Part shown: piece after piece, positions 1 to 10,151 of the stretch | How the letters are laid out: every line of letters starts with the position of its first letter | How positions within the stretch are numbered: position 1 is the stretch's first letter | Source of the DNA: Oligoflexia bacterium | GTDB taxonomy: Bacteria; Bdellovibrionota; UBA1018 | Direction: 5' to 3' | NCBI GenBank assembly: GCA_903898645.1 | Contig: CAIUGE010000116.1 | Coordinates: forward strand, 2,965-66,964 | DNA: 64,000 nt | Translations under genes and position numbers: made by a program | The notes under the pieces: model-generated | Databases searched by the model: none | What the model saw: the letters and a program-made list of their open reading frames with translations, nothing else | Told to the model about the DNA's origin: nothing

Positions 1-1
1 G

Positions 2-1594
2 AACAATCAGACGCGGAAAGAGTCACTTGAGGCAATCCCGCCTGCAACGCTTCTACATTGGGCTGACTCCTCGTCCTCAATGGAGAGCTTGCCAGAACTT
101 TCAGTGCCACATCCTGACGCAGGTCTTGGACACCTAGGCCAAGCGACTCATGTTGCAGCCAATGGCGACATTTATCACCTTTGCCATGGATCTGTCGTGA
201 TTGCAGCAATCACCAGCTGCACAAATACATCCAATCCAAGTGTTCTAGTTGCAGCAGGCCTTTTGGCAAAAAAGGCTATCGAAAAAGGCCTTTCGGTCAA
301 GCCATGGGTTAAAACAAGCTTTGCACCCGGATCCCAAGTCGTAACCAACTACCTCCAATCAGCAGGCCTTCTCTCTTCACTTGAGAAGCTTCGATTCCAT
401 GTCGTTGGGTATGGCTGTACAACATGTATTGGCAATAGTGGCCCACTCCAGGAATCCATTGCGCACGCTATTACGGAAGATGACCTCGTTGTCGCATCCG
501 TCCTTTCTGGCAATCGCAATTTTGAAGGAAGAGTCCATCCGCTCGTGCAGGCAAATTATCTTACCTCACCCCCACTTGTTGTCGCCTATGCACTGGCCGG
601 CAATATGAACTGTAATCTCACCCGAGATCCTCTTGGGTTCGACCAGGACCACAAACCCGTGTATCTGAGTGACATTTGGCCTACAAAACAAGAAGTTGAT
701 GCAGTTATTGAACGCCATGTCACACGTGAACAATTCCAATCGAGCTACAAAGATATTTTTTCAGGCTCCCAGCAGTGGAGAGAACTAGATGTACGTCAGG
801 CAGAGCTCTATACATTTGATGCACGCTCAAGCTATATCCAGGAACCACCATTCTTTGCTTCTCTTGATAAGAGCGAAGTAGCTCCTATTGCAGCAGCACG
901 TATCCTCGCCTTTTTAGGTGATTCGGTAACCACAGACCATATCTCCCCTGCCGGTAGTTTTGGTCCAAAATCAGCTGCTGGCAAGTACCTCTCAAGCCTT
1001 GGGGTTGCAGTAAATGATTACAACTCGTATGGCGCGCGGCGCGGCAATCATGAGGTTATGGTGCGAGGTACTTTTGCCAATGTGCGCCTTAAGAATAAAC
1101 TCTTACCAGGAACTGAGGGCAGTATCACCAAGCATATTCCAAGTAATACTGAGATGAGTATCTATGATGCAGCGATGCGTTATCAGCTCGATACAACTCC
1201 TCTCGGTATTCTTGCGGGAAAAGAGTATGGCACAGGCTCATCGCGTGACTGGGCAGCCAAAGGTCCAAAACTCCTTGGTATTCGATTCATTATTGCCGAA
1301 AGCTTTGAGCGCATCCATCGATCGAATCTCGTAGGTATGGGCATCCTGCCTTTAGAGTTCTTGCCTGGACAATCAGCCACAAGCTTAGGCCTCACAGGTG
1401 AAGAATCCTATACGATTACAACCAAGCTTGCGAATATCAAGGTCCATAGCCTTATCAGCATTGTCGCCGAGAGTCCAAGTGGCAAGAAAACCTTTAAGGC
1501 GAAAGCGCGCATCGATACTCCAAATGAAATCGAATATTTTTTGAATGGAGGCATCCTACCGTTTGTGCTACGACAAGTTATTACAAAAGCATAA
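2..1594 (+). CDS. acnA: aconitate hydratase A, C-terminal ~530 aa; 5' partial, reading frame open to the window start
   Basis: Conserved aconitase motifs are present: VIAAITSCTNTSNPSV, GYGCTTCIGNSG, SGNRNFEGR, SPPLVVAYALAG and a C-terminal swivel domain. The frame of the ATG at 80 stays open back to nt 2, so the gene starts upstream of the window. Confidence 0.9.
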   Translation, partial: NNQTRKESLEAIPPATLLHWADSSSSMESLPELSVPHPDAGLGHLGQATHVAANGDIYHLCHGSVVIAAITSCTNTSNPSVLVAAGLLAKKAIEKGLSVKPWVKTSFAPGSQVVTNYLQSAGLLSSLEKLRFHVVGYGCTTCIGNSGPLQESIAHAITEDDLVVASVLSGNRNFEGRVHPLVQANYLTSPPLVVAYALAGNMNCNLTRDPLGFDQDHKPVYLSDIWPTKQEVDAVIERHVTREQFQSSYKDIFSGSQQWRELDVRQAELYTFDARSSYIQEPPFFASLDKSEVAPIAAARILAFLGDSVTTDHISPAGSFGPKSAAGKYLSSLGVAVNDYNSYGARRGNHEVMVRGTFANVRLKNKLLPGTEGSITKHIPSNTEMSIYDAAMRYQLDTTPLGILAGKEYGTGSSRDWAAKGPKLLGIRFIIAESFERIHRSNLVGMGILPLEFLPGQSATSLGLTGEESYTITTKLANIKVHSLISIVAESPSGKKTFKAKARIDTPNEIEYFLNGGILPFVLRQVITKA

Positions 1595-1610
1595 CCGGGG
1601 GCATGAGTTC

Positions 1611-1907
1611 ATGGCAGATCGGATCGAAAAAATACGCAAACTTGAGCTGGTCAAACGTTCGCTTGCATTGAGGCATAAGCTCAAAGTGCATGACAGTACA
1701 AAGGCGCCCGATAATCACGAAGAGTTAGCAGCATTAACACTAAGCAGATGGGAACTAGAAGACGAACTGCGTGCGATCGAAGAGCTTTTACTCTCTGATC
1801 GCACCAGGAATGTCGATGGCAAAAAAGGCATCCTGACGCGTGACAAAATGCATCAACCTCCTCCCCGTGATATCAGAGACCTCAGCGAACATAGCCCGAA
1901 ACATTAA
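1611..1907 (+). CDS. hypothetical charged/coiled-coil protein (start taken at MADRIEK)
   Basis: The ORF lies immediately downstream of the acnA stop codon. It has no recognisable motifs. The 1545 start in the ORF track would overlap acnA. Confidence 0.35.
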   Translation: MADRIEKIRKLELVKRSLALRHKLKVHDSTKAPDNHEELAALTLSRWELEDELRAIEELLLSDRTRNVDGKKGILTRDKMHQPPPRDIRDLSEHSPKH

Positions 1908-1913
1908 CAGAGC

Positions 1914-2651
1914 TTGACAGTGGCTGTGACGTACGTTACGGTCGCTCCTTTTTTAGGAGTACGTATTGTGCACAAAAAGCCATCATTTTTCAAAGAAGCA
2001 AAGCGTCTCTTTTTTATTATTCGTGAACTGATCCACGGCAGTGTATCGCTTCGCACAATGACCCCTGCTGTTGCAGTTTTTGGGTCAGCACGATTCGCAC
2101 CAGACCATAAGTACTGCCATATAGCGGAATCCGTAGGTAAACTGCTTGCTGCAGCAGGCCTCAGCGTCGTAACAGGCGGTGGGCCAGGCATTATGCGTGC
2201 TGCCAACAAGGGCGCCTTTACCCATGGCGGCGCAAGCATTGGTTGCAACATTGTCCTCCCAAATGAGCAAATGCCAAATGAGTATCTAAGCAAAACGATC
2301 ACCTTTTATTATTTTTTTACACGAAAAATCATGCTCTCAAAATATGTATCAGGGTGCATCATCCTTCCAGGCGGCCTTGGAACCCTCGACGAGATGTTTG
2401 AGCTCTTAACTCAGATACAAACAGGTAAGCGCTTTGCTTTCCCCGTCATCCTTATGGGACGCGATTACTGGAAAGGACTCATCGACTGGCTCGAACAAAC
2501 GGTCTGCGCCCAAGGCGCCGTACAACAACAGGAACTTTCATCATTTGTGGTCGTAGATGACCCACAAGAAGCTATTGATATCATCCAATCTCACCTCTCC
2601 TTGAAAAAAAGTTCAACTTCAGCTAAAGTATGGAGACAGAAGGAGGAGTAG
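1914..2651 (+). CDS. LOG-family protein (TIGR00730 / cytokinin riboside 5'-monophosphate phosphoribohydrolase-like); the true start may be Met at ~2058
   Basis: Motifs VFGSARF, VVTGGGPGIMRAANKGA and ILPGGLGTLDE match the LOG family Rossmann core. Confidence 0.75.
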   Translation: MTVAVTYVTVAPFLGVRIVHKKPSFFKEAKRLFFIIRELIHGSVSLRTMTPAVAVFGSARFAPDHKYCHIAESVGKLLAAAGLSVVTGGGPGIMRAANKGAFTHGGASIGCNIVLPNEQMPNEYLSKTITFYYFFTRKIMLSKYVSGCIILPGGLGTLDEMFELLTQIQTGKRFAFPVILMGRDYWKGLIDWLEQTVCAQGAVQQQELSSFVVVDDPQEAIDIIQSHLSLKKSSTSAKVWRQKEE

Positions 2652-2653
2652 AA

Positions 2654-3376
2654 ATGAAGTCCTATCCAACAAGTTGGGAGCGAAAATACACGCCAGGGAG
2701 CAGCAAGACCGTTTCGAGTTTTATGACTCGTACGTTTTCTTGGATGTTTTTGGGCCTTATGGTTACAGGTTTAGTGAGCTACTTTACAACCACATCACCA
2801 GTGCTTTTAGAAACAATGACGACTGGCAGTACACGGTTCATCCTTATGCTAGCTGAACTTGGACTCGTTGTTTGGCTCTCAAGCATGATACGTACAATGA
2901 GTGCCGAGACAGCCATTTTCGCATTTTTGTCCTTTTCGGCTCTTAATGGGCTTTCACTCAGCCTCCTGTTTGTTATCTATACAGCAAGTTCGCTTGCACA
3001 GATTTTTTTCATTGCAGCAGGTGCATTTGGAGGCCTAGCGCTTTTTGGAGCAGTGACGAAAAAAGATCTCTCAGGTATGGGCAATTTTTGCATCATGGGT
3101 TTAATGGGCATGATTGCACTCACTTTAGTGAACATCTTCGTCAAAAGTGCAGCACTGGACCTATCGCTGTCTTTGGCTGGTATTCTGATCTTTTCAGGAC
3201 TCACCGCATACGACACCAATCAGATCCGGAGCATTGGGCACAGTCTGCTTGCATCGGGCGAGCTTGATGAAGCAACTTTGACGAAAACAGCTATTTTTGG
3301 CGCGTTAACGCTCTATCTTGATTTCATCAATCTCTTTCTTGAACTCGCACGTGTCTTTGGACGCCGACGAGATTAA
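2654..3376 (+). CDS. Bax-inhibitor-1/YccA family integral membrane protein
   Basis: About 240 aa with 7 predicted hydrophobic helices. The size and hydropathy layout are typical of BI-1/YccA. The start is placed at MKSYPT. Confidence 0.6.
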   Translation: MKSYPTSWERKYTPGSSKTVSSFMTRTFSWMFLGLMVTGLVSYFTTTSPVLLETMTTGSTRFILMLAELGLVVWLSSMIRTMSAETAIFAFLSFSALNGLSLSLLFVIYTASSLAQIFFIAAGAFGGLALFGAVTKKDLSGMGNFCIMGLMGMIALTLVNIFVKSAALDLSLSLAGILIFSGLTAYDTNQIRSIGHSLLASGELDEATLTKTAIFGALTLYLDFINLFLELARVFGRRRD

Positions 3377-3993
3377 GAAAAACCAAGCTGACGGATTTTT
3401 GTATCACGCTCGATAACAGCATCCATGTTCTTTTTAGCATCAGTGAAGGCTTCTGTGAGCCTCGCAGTATCATTATCGACGCTCGATAAGAACATGAGCT
3501 TCTCTCGTGCAAATTCTGAAAGAGACTCCGTGCGTAGAATTTCATCGCGCACGGAGTCGATTTTTTCTTCATATCCTCGCAGTAATTCAAGCAAGCACTG
3601 CATCAAGTCCCCACTACATGATATAAAATCGTTTCGCAGCATAGAGAGCGTACTCATAAAAGCAGCACTTTTTATTGCATTAAAAAGAGCTTTTTTACTA
3701 AATGGTTTTTCAAGCACAGCAGCCACCTGAAGACCAAGCAGTGCTTCAGAAAGCGACGCCTCCCCAAGTACAACAATAGCCCCCCCATAACCCTGCCCAT
3801 GAAGCCATGGCACAAGGACTGCACTCTCGTTCCCTGGAATCAAAAGCACATCAGCTCTTGGTTCACTCGGCGACAGAAGAGCCGTCTTCATAGCAACGCT
3901 CGAGGTAAAACACTTCACTTCATGATTCCGAAGAGCATCTACTAGCATTTGGAGCAAGATCTGGTCCGTATCGAAGACCACAATACGGAGCAT
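3373..3993 (-). CDS. receiver (CheY-like) domain protein with a divergent acidic pocket
   Basis: The N-terminal ~120 aa have a beta-alpha REC-like pattern (IVVFDTD ... VLLIPG ... LEKPF), followed by a ~80 aa helical tail. Confidence 0.4.
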   Translation of the reverse strand: MLRIVVFDTDQILLQMLVDALRNHEVKCFTSSVAMKTALLSPSEPRADVLLIPGNESAVLVPWLHGQGYGGAIVVLGEASLSEALLGLQVAAVLEKPFSKKALFNAIKSAAFMSTLSMLRNDFISCSGDLMQCLLELLRGYEEKIDSVRDEILRTESLSEFAREKLMFLSSVDNDTARLTEAFTDAKKNMDAVIERDTKIRQLGFS

Positions 3994-3995
3994 GA

Positions 3996-5732
3996 TTAGA
4001 CTGTGTCCCAGGAATACCGTTCCCCAAGCGATGCCTCGTCAGCAAGGGATTTAATATGCTCATCACTATTATTGTCAATCTTACTGAGCAGCCCATGAAC
4101 ACGTGCACGCACCTGATTCGCAAAAGTTTTCAAAATATGAACCTCACTGTCGGCTTTACTCTGCTCAGTGAGTGATGTATTGACACGACTCAAAACGCAA
4201 GCAAACACAAAAAGGTCGATCATGATATCAGCAAGCCTTTTGATCGCAAATTGTTTACCAACAATATGTTTCCCATGTTTCCTGAGAATACGGTCTGCAG
4301 CCATCGCGAGGTCACGCACTGCGCCTTGAAAAAACTCAGCCTCATGAGCAATGACCGGATGGATACTACTTTCAAGTGTATGATGCCCAACGCCTGTCAC
4401 CTGTGAAAGCATGCGCTTACTATAGTCACTCAACACACCAAAACCTTTGATAGGATCATGGAAGATGCCTTCCAGTGAAGAACCCAGATCAGAAAGCTGC
4501 TGTCCAACGTCATGCATGCCTGTGAGTGCAATAAAAAGACGCAGTATGTCATTTGTGCCTTCAAAAATTCTATTTACACGTGAATCACGTACAATCCGCT
4601 CATAGGGGAATTCACACATGTAACCATTACCACCTGCGATCTGGAGTGCCTCGTCAGCCGAACGCCAAAGAGCTTCTGTTGCAAAAACCTTACTGATTGC
4701 CGCTTCGACTGCATAATCCTCGTAACCCTGATCAACAAGTCCTGCCACCATGCTGACAACACTCTCTGTCGCATAGCAGTCAACGACCATGTTACCAATT
4801 TTTTGCTTCACAAGACCGAATTCAGCTATTTTTTGATCAAATTGAACACGCTCATTGGCCTGGATAGTCGCCATCTCAATAAGGCGCTTCATACCCCCAA
4901 CACATCCGCCACCAAGACCTGTACGACCGCTATTAAGTATCTTCATAGCGACTTTAAAGCCCTTACCTACCTCACCAAGCACATTCCCTACAGGGACGCG
5001 CACCTGATCAAAACTCACTGTTGTTGTAGAACTTGCACGAAGCCCCATCTTATCTTCATGCGGACCTGTACTCACGCCAGGCATATCCCTCGTTACAATA
5101 AAGGCCGTCATCATACCTTCAGGTCCATCAGTGCGGGCAAAGACTGTATAAAATCCAGCAATACCACCGTTGGTGATCCATAGCTTCTGGCCACTGAGCA
5201 CATAACTATCACCATCACGTACAGCACGTGTTTTAATACTGGCTGCATCTGACCCCGATCCAGGCTCCGTGAGACAAAAAGCTGCAATAAGCTCCCCTGT
5301 TGCTAGTCGCGGCAAATAGGTCTTTTTTTGCTCAACATTCCCGAAAAGCACAAGCCCCCGCATACCTATAGAGCTATGTGCACCTACCGTCAGTGCAACT
5401 GAGGCATCATAACGGGACAACTCCTGCAAAACGCGCGAGTAGCCCGAAGCACTTAGACCTAAGCCCCCGTACTCTTCAGGGATAATAAGACTAAAAAGCC
5501 CAATTTGACGCATTTCCTGCAAAAAGGCAGCAGGCAATTCACCAGCACGATCCCATGTTCGAAAATCCTTTGCATAGGGAGTAAGCCATGACGCAAAAGC
5601 TGCCATCAGATCTTTCAAAATACCCCTCTCGGAGTCACTCATTTTAGGAAAAGGAAAGATGATGTCTTGCTCAATATGCCCCATTGCCATAGAACGCACA
5701 AAACTACGCTGTTTAATTTCACTCATGACCAC
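3996..5732 (-). CDS. acyl-CoA dehydrogenase (long form with C-terminal extension)
   Basis: ACAD motifs are present: AAFCLTEPGSGSDAAS, QKLWITNGG and the YxxxE/RIFEGTN catalytic region. The protein is 578 aa. Confidence 0.85.
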   Translation of the reverse strand: MVMSEIKQRSFVRSMAMGHIEQDIIFPFPKMSDSERGILKDLMAAFASWLTPYAKDFRTWDRAGELPAAFLQEMRQIGLFSLIIPEEYGGLGLSASGYSRVLQELSRYDASVALTVGAHSSIGMRGLVLFGNVEQKKTYLPRLATGELIAAFCLTEPGSGSDAASIKTRAVRDGDSYVLSGQKLWITNGGIAGFYTVFARTDGPEGMMTAFIVTRDMPGVSTGPHEDKMGLRASSTTTVSFDQVRVPVGNVLGEVGKGFKVAMKILNSGRTGLGGGCVGGMKRLIEMATIQANERVQFDQKIAEFGLVKQKIGNMVVDCYATESVVSMVAGLVDQGYEDYAVEAAISKVFATEALWRSADEALQIAGGNGYMCEFPYERIVRDSRVNRIFEGTNDILRLFIALTGMHDVGQQLSDLGSSLEGIFHDPIKGFGVLSDYSKRMLSQVTGVGHHTLESSIHPVIAHEAEFFQGAVRDLAMAADRILRKHGKHIVGKQFAIKRLADIMIDLFVFACVLSRVNTSLTEQSKADSEVHILKTFANQVRARVHGLLSKIDNNSDEHIKSLADEASLGERYSWDTV

Positions 5733-5744
5733 GTACCCCCAGGG

Positions 5745-6653
5745 TTAAGTGTACCAAAGAGCGCGAGAAAAAGAAGCGATAAGAAGACAGACACCTACGA
5801 CAGCGACAACATAACGCATCATTCTCCATGCCTGATCAAGACAAGGAGAATAAGGACTTGAGGCTTGGTACATGAGTTTTAATGGAAGATAGGAAAAAAA
5901 TGCCGCCGGACAAAAAATACTCGCAATGAGCGAGAGCGCCGTTACTAGATGCCTCCGCCAATGAAAAGCGCTTCCTTCAAGTCCTTGGATCTGAAAAAGC
6001 GCCGCAACGATGCAACCATAACTCAGCGAGAACTGCCAATGATGCACCCCGCCTACAACACATTGCAATCCGTACCCAAGCAAGGGGCCATAAAGGAGGA
6101 GCGCCGCAAAAAAACGAACATGACGCGCGACAGCAGCAAAAAGGATTGCCAAACACGCAATGCCATACGCCCTCACATCCCTCCCACAAAGAATAACTCC
6201 CCCAAGCAGACCGAGGATAAAAAAGATCACTCCATAACACTCAACAGCACGAGCACTCATACGCCCATCAGCAAGCACTCGATGCACAGCACTGACTCCA
6301 TGTGTCTGAAATTTTTGGAAGTCATATGCTGCGAGCATAAATCGCATCGCAGTTACAAAGGAACTAATCGCTAGGACTGCCAAAACCCATCGCCCTGTGT
6401 GACAAGGTAAAAGCATTGCTGCAGGCAAAATGTGCATCCAACTACGCTCCCAAGGCGCGAGATAATACAAAGGCGCCAGTAACCCATACTGTTTTGGATG
6501 AATCACTTCGAGAACACATGCATCAACGCCCGTTACTGAGCGCAGGACCTGACGACGCGCTACCTGGTGCGAAAACCCATTGGCATCAATCCAAATGCCA
6601 AAACGAGCAGCTCGCCGAAATGCCGGATCCTCAGGCCGAACGGCGACTATCAC
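5745..6653 (-). CDS. polytopic integral membrane protein; it overlaps the polyprenyl synthase gene by 4 nt, consistent with co-transcription
   Basis: There are 6-8 hydrophobic segments. No NDxxD prenyltransferase motif was seen. The function is unknown. Confidence 0.45.
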   Translation of the reverse strand: MIVAVRPEDPAFRRAARFGIWIDANGFSHQVARRQVLRSVTGVDACVLEVIHPKQYGLLAPLYYLAPWERSWMHILPAAMLLPCHTGRWVLAVLAISSFVTAMRFMLAAYDFQKFQTHGVSAVHRVLADGRMSARAVECYGVIFFILGLLGGVILCGRDVRAYGIACLAILFAAVARHVRFFAALLLYGPLLGYGLQCVVGGVHHWQFSLSYGCIVAALFQIQGLEGSAFHWRRHLVTALSLIASIFCPAAFFSYLPLKLMYQASSPYSPCLDQAWRMMRYVVAVVGVCLLIASFSRALWYT

Positions 6654-7594
6654 GTAATACGCTCACGCAGGTACTGTGCAATCCCCCTCAGTGATTGAAC
6701 AGCATCACTGCGCACTGCGAAATCCGCTAGTGCATCAAGACGCTCATCTAAAGCTGCAAGCTTCCACGCTACCTGCTGTCTCACCTGATTTTTCGCGTGC
6801 TCTAGTTGCGCATCTGTCCAAGGCCATACATCTGTACATTGACCCAAAAGAGCTGCAATAGGTTTTTTGAGCTCAGGCGAAGTCTCAAGCATTTCAAAAA
6901 CAACGACGTTCACAAGCCCTTCCCTCAGATCCTGACAAAATGGCTTCTCTCCATCCTGTGTCATATCGAGGATATCGTCGATCATCTGGAATGCGACGCC
7001 AAAAACGCCACCAACATCTGCACACCATTGCTCATGCTGATGACTTGCCCCAGCAAGATGCGCACCAACACGAGAGACCCACCGCATCAGACTCGCAGTT
7101 TTCTTCTGCGCAACATGCTCCAGATGCAGACGCGAAATAGAAACCTGACCCCGCGCTTCCAGCTGGAGCCATTCACCCACAACAAGATCCTCGACAGTCT
7201 CAGAAAGGCGTGCAATCAAATGAAGATTTCCCAACTGAGATAACTCAACCATGACTCGTGACAGCAGAACATCGCCAATTAAAACAGCCCGCACATTTCC
7301 AACACGTGCATTCAAGGTAGGATTGTGGCGGCGCTTCAAACTCTCATCAATGACATCATCATGTGCTAATGTTGCGGCGTGCACAAATTCAGCTGCACGC
7401 GCATAGGGAGCCAACTCTTCCAAAGTCCTCCCAAAAAAAGAACCCATTAAAAAACAGAGCAAAGGCCTAAACCGCTTACCACGAAAAAGCACCGTCCTCG
7501 CAACGAGCGTGTCAATTGTAGGCACAGATGCGACATGCAAACTCAGATCCAGTTGCTCAGTTGCACGTAGAACATCAGCAGGCAACCAATCCAT
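6650..7594 (-). CDS. ispB: trans-polyprenyl diphosphate synthase (IspB-like)
   Basis: The first DDxxD motif (LAHDDVIDES) and the second DDxxD motif (FQMIDDILD) are present. The protein is 314 aa. Confidence 0.8.
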   Translation of the reverse strand: MDWLPADVLRATEQLDLSLHVASVPTIDTLVARTVLFRGKRFRPLLCFLMGSFFGRTLEELAPYARAAEFVHAATLAHDDVIDESLKRRHNPTLNARVGNVRAVLIGDVLLSRVMVELSQLGNLHLIARLSETVEDLVVGEWLQLEARGQVSISRLHLEHVAQKKTASLMRWVSRVGAHLAGASHQHEQWCADVGGVFGVAFQMIDDILDMTQDGEKPFCQDLREGLVNVVVFEMLETSPELKKPIAALLGQCTDVWPWTDAQLEHAKNQVRQQVAWKLAALDERLDALADFAVRSDAVQSLRGIAQYLRERIT

Positions 7595-7839
7595 ATTGCT
7601 GACGCTACCACACTCACTCCGTCATGCGCATATATTTTTTTCTAGCACCCCCCTTTCTAAAAACCCCTTGCCTTCTTCCAGTAGATTGAGTAGCATTCCG
7701 CTTCCCAGGAACGAAAGTAGACACCACAACGCAGGTGAGCACTTTTATTCCGTAGGAACTTTAAAAAAACTAAAGAACTTGTTTCTTGAAAACACAGCTC
7801 GTGATGTGTATTACTGATTTCAGTATAAGGGAGTGGCAG

Positions 7840-10140
7840 ATGGAAGTAATCAAGCGCGACGGAACTCAAGAAAATGTTAAAATCGAGAAGATACTTCATG
7901 CTGTCAATCGCGCATGTCGTGGACTTGAAAGCGTCGAGCCATTAGAAATTGCAAAACGCACTATTAGTGGCCTTCATCAAGGAAGCACAACAAAAGAACT
8001 TGATGATCTTTCTATTAATAATGCAGTAATGCTCATGGCCTACGAGCCAAATTACTCAAAAGTAGCTTCGCGCATGCTTTCAGAAAGTATCCGTAAAGAA
8101 GTAGGCCGAGACCAGGTGTTTCGCGATTACCTCAAATCAGCAACTGCAATGGGCCTTCTCGATCCAACGATTCTCAATCTTGCAATGAGCGATATTGTCT
8201 CACTCGAATACGCCATTCGTCATGAACGTGATGATTTATTCGAGTATTTCGGACTCAAGACCCTTGCCGATCGCTACCTCTTACGTGATCCTATTTCACG
8301 TCAAATTATCGAACGTCCTCAATGGCTTTTTATGCGTGTTTCACTCGGCCTTTCACGCACTATTGAAGAGGCAGTTTCTCTCTATACATTAATCAGTCAG
8401 TTTGATTATATGCCAGCAACACCAACTCTTTTTAATGCAGGAACGCGTCATCCACAGATGAGCTCGTGCTATCTTCTGACAGTCGCCAACGATAGTCTTG
8501 AAGGCATCTATAAAGCAATTACAGATTCAGCAAAGCTTTCAAAATACTCTGGTGGCATCGGGATCGACTGGACCCCAGTACGTTCAACAGGAACACTTAT
8601 CCGCGGCACCAATGGCCTCAGCAACGGTATCATTCCTTTCCTTAAAGTATTTGACAGCTCTGTCCATGCAGTCAACCAAGGAGGCAAACGCAAGGGCGCT
8701 GCTGCCGTCTACATTGAACCATGGCATGCAGACATCGAAGCCTTTCTTGAACTCCGCAAGAACACAGGCTCAGAAGAGCGCCGAACACATAACCTGAACC
8801 TGGCACTTTTTATTCCAGATACTTTTATGAAACGCGTGGAGTCTGACGCACTCTGGAGTCTTTTTTCTCCTCATGACACCCCATTACTCCTGACAACATT
8901 TGGCGAAACATTCGAAAAACACTATATTGATTACGAAAAACAAGGAAAGGCCATCAAAACGATCCCTGCGCGTGAGCTCTATGCACGTTTTATGAGTACA
9001 CTTGCTGAAACAGGCAACGGATGGATATGCTTTAAAGACACCTGCAATGAGCGGTCAGCACAAACAAAACTCCCAGGCGCTGTGATACGCAGTTCCAATC
9101 TCTGCACAGAAATTCTTGAAATTGCAACTGCGCATGAAACCGCTGTCTGCAATCTCGGGAGCATTAATGTTGCGCAGTATGTTGCAAAAGATGGCACCTT
9201 TGATTTCAGAAAGCTCGAAGCAGCTGCCTATACAGCCGTTACCTTTTTGGATCGCGTGATCGACATTAACTTCTACCCAACAGCTGAAGCAAAAACATCT
9301 AATCAAAAATGGCGCCCCATTGGCTTAGGCGTCATGGGTCTGCAGGATGCCTTTTTTCGATTAAAACTGCCTTTCGAATCGCCTGAGGCAAAAATCCTTT
9401 CATCACGCATAGCAGAAACAATTTACTATACAGCCCTCACACGCAGTATGGAGCTTGCGCAAGAAGAAGGATCATTCCCTGCATTTGCAGAATCGCGGTA
9501 TACAGAACACATGCTTCAGGTACAACTCGCAACACACTGTATGCCAGCACTCCATTATGATTGGGATGCCCTTGCCCGCACTATTGCCGAAAAAGGACTC
9601 CGCAATAGTCTTCTGATTGCCATAGCTCCAACAGCAACGATTGCATCTATCGTAGGCAGCTACGAAAGCATTGAGCCTCAAATCTCAAATTTCTTCAAAC
9701 GCGAAACACTGAGCGGAGAGTTCCTCCAAGTAAATCGCTACCTGATCCTTGATCTCAAAAGATATGGACTCTGGACACCAACTATGCGTTCGAAAATTAT
9801 CGAGCAGGATGGGTCCATTCAGAATATCGAAGAAATTCCACTCAAGTTGCGTGAACTCTACAAGACAGCATGGGAGATCTCACAAAAAGCGATTATCGAA
9901 ATGGCATCTGAACGCTCCGCTTTTATCTGCCAATCACAGTCACTGAATTTATTCATCGAAAATCCAAGCATCGGTAAACTGTCATCAATGTACATGTACG
10001 CATGGAAGCAAGGCATTAAAACAACCTACTACTTACGGTCCCGCGCACGGACATCGATTCAAAAAACAACAGTGAACAATGATATCGATGCAATTACCTG
10101 CTCACTTGAAAACCCCGGCAGCTGTGAAGCTTGCCAATAA
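7840..10140 (+). CDS. nrdA: ribonucleoside-diphosphate reductase alpha subunit, class Ia, with an N-terminal ATP cone
   Basis: ATP-cone start MEVIKRDGTQENVKIEKI, the NLCTEI active-site region and C-terminal CxxC residues are present. The start is taken at Met19 of the track ORF. Confidence 0.9.
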   Translation: MEVIKRDGTQENVKIEKILHAVNRACRGLESVEPLEIAKRTISGLHQGSTTKELDDLSINNAVMLMAYEPNYSKVASRMLSESIRKEVGRDQVFRDYLKSATAMGLLDPTILNLAMSDIVSLEYAIRHERDDLFEYFGLKTLADRYLLRDPISRQIIERPQWLFMRVSLGLSRTIEEAVSLYTLISQFDYMPATPTLFNAGTRHPQMSSCYLLTVANDSLEGIYKAITDSAKLSKYSGGIGIDWTPVRSTGTLIRGTNGLSNGIIPFLKVFDSSVHAVNQGGKRKGAAAVYIEPWHADIEAFLELRKNTGSEERRTHNLNLALFIPDTFMKRVESDALWSLFSPHDTPLLLTTFGETFEKHYIDYEKQGKAIKTIPARELYARFMSTLAETGNGWICFKDTCNERSAQTKLPGAVIRSSNLCTEILEIATAHETAVCNLGSINVAQYVAKDGTFDFRKLEAAAYTAVTFLDRVIDINFYPTAEAKTSNQKWRPIGLGVMGLQDAFFRLKLPFESPEAKILSSRIAETIYYTALTRSMELAQEEGSFPAFAESRYTEHMLQVQLATHCMPALHYDWDALARTIAEKGLRNSLLIAIAPTATIASIVGSYESIEPQISNFFKRETLSGEFLQVNRYLILDLKRYGLWTPTMRSKIIEQDGSIQNIEEIPLKLRELYKTAWEISQKAIIEMASERSAFICQSQSLNLFIENPSIGKLSSMYMYAWKQGIKTTYYLRSRARTSIQKTTVNNDIDAITCSLENPGSCEACQ

Positions 10141-10151
10141 AAGGAGACGCT

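Noticed and set aside
1-100. Apparent in-frame stop upstream of the aconitase ATG at 80, suggesting an N-terminally truncated gene
   Set aside because: Re-indexing shows the frame is open from nt 2. The gene is simply cut by the window edge.
381-5183. Numerous short ORFs nested in or antisense to long conserved genes (e.g. 381-608, 1183-1395, 2085-2270, 4574-4798, 4803-5183)
   Set aside because: They are overlapped entirely by genes with strong family motifs (aconitase, LOG, ACAD). They were treated as spurious.
7620-7840. Possible NrdR box (ACACAGCTCGTGATGTGT) upstream of nrdA
   Set aside because: Only the ACAC/GTGT ends match the NrdR consensus and the centre does not. No second box at the expected spacing was found. 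It is left unannotated.
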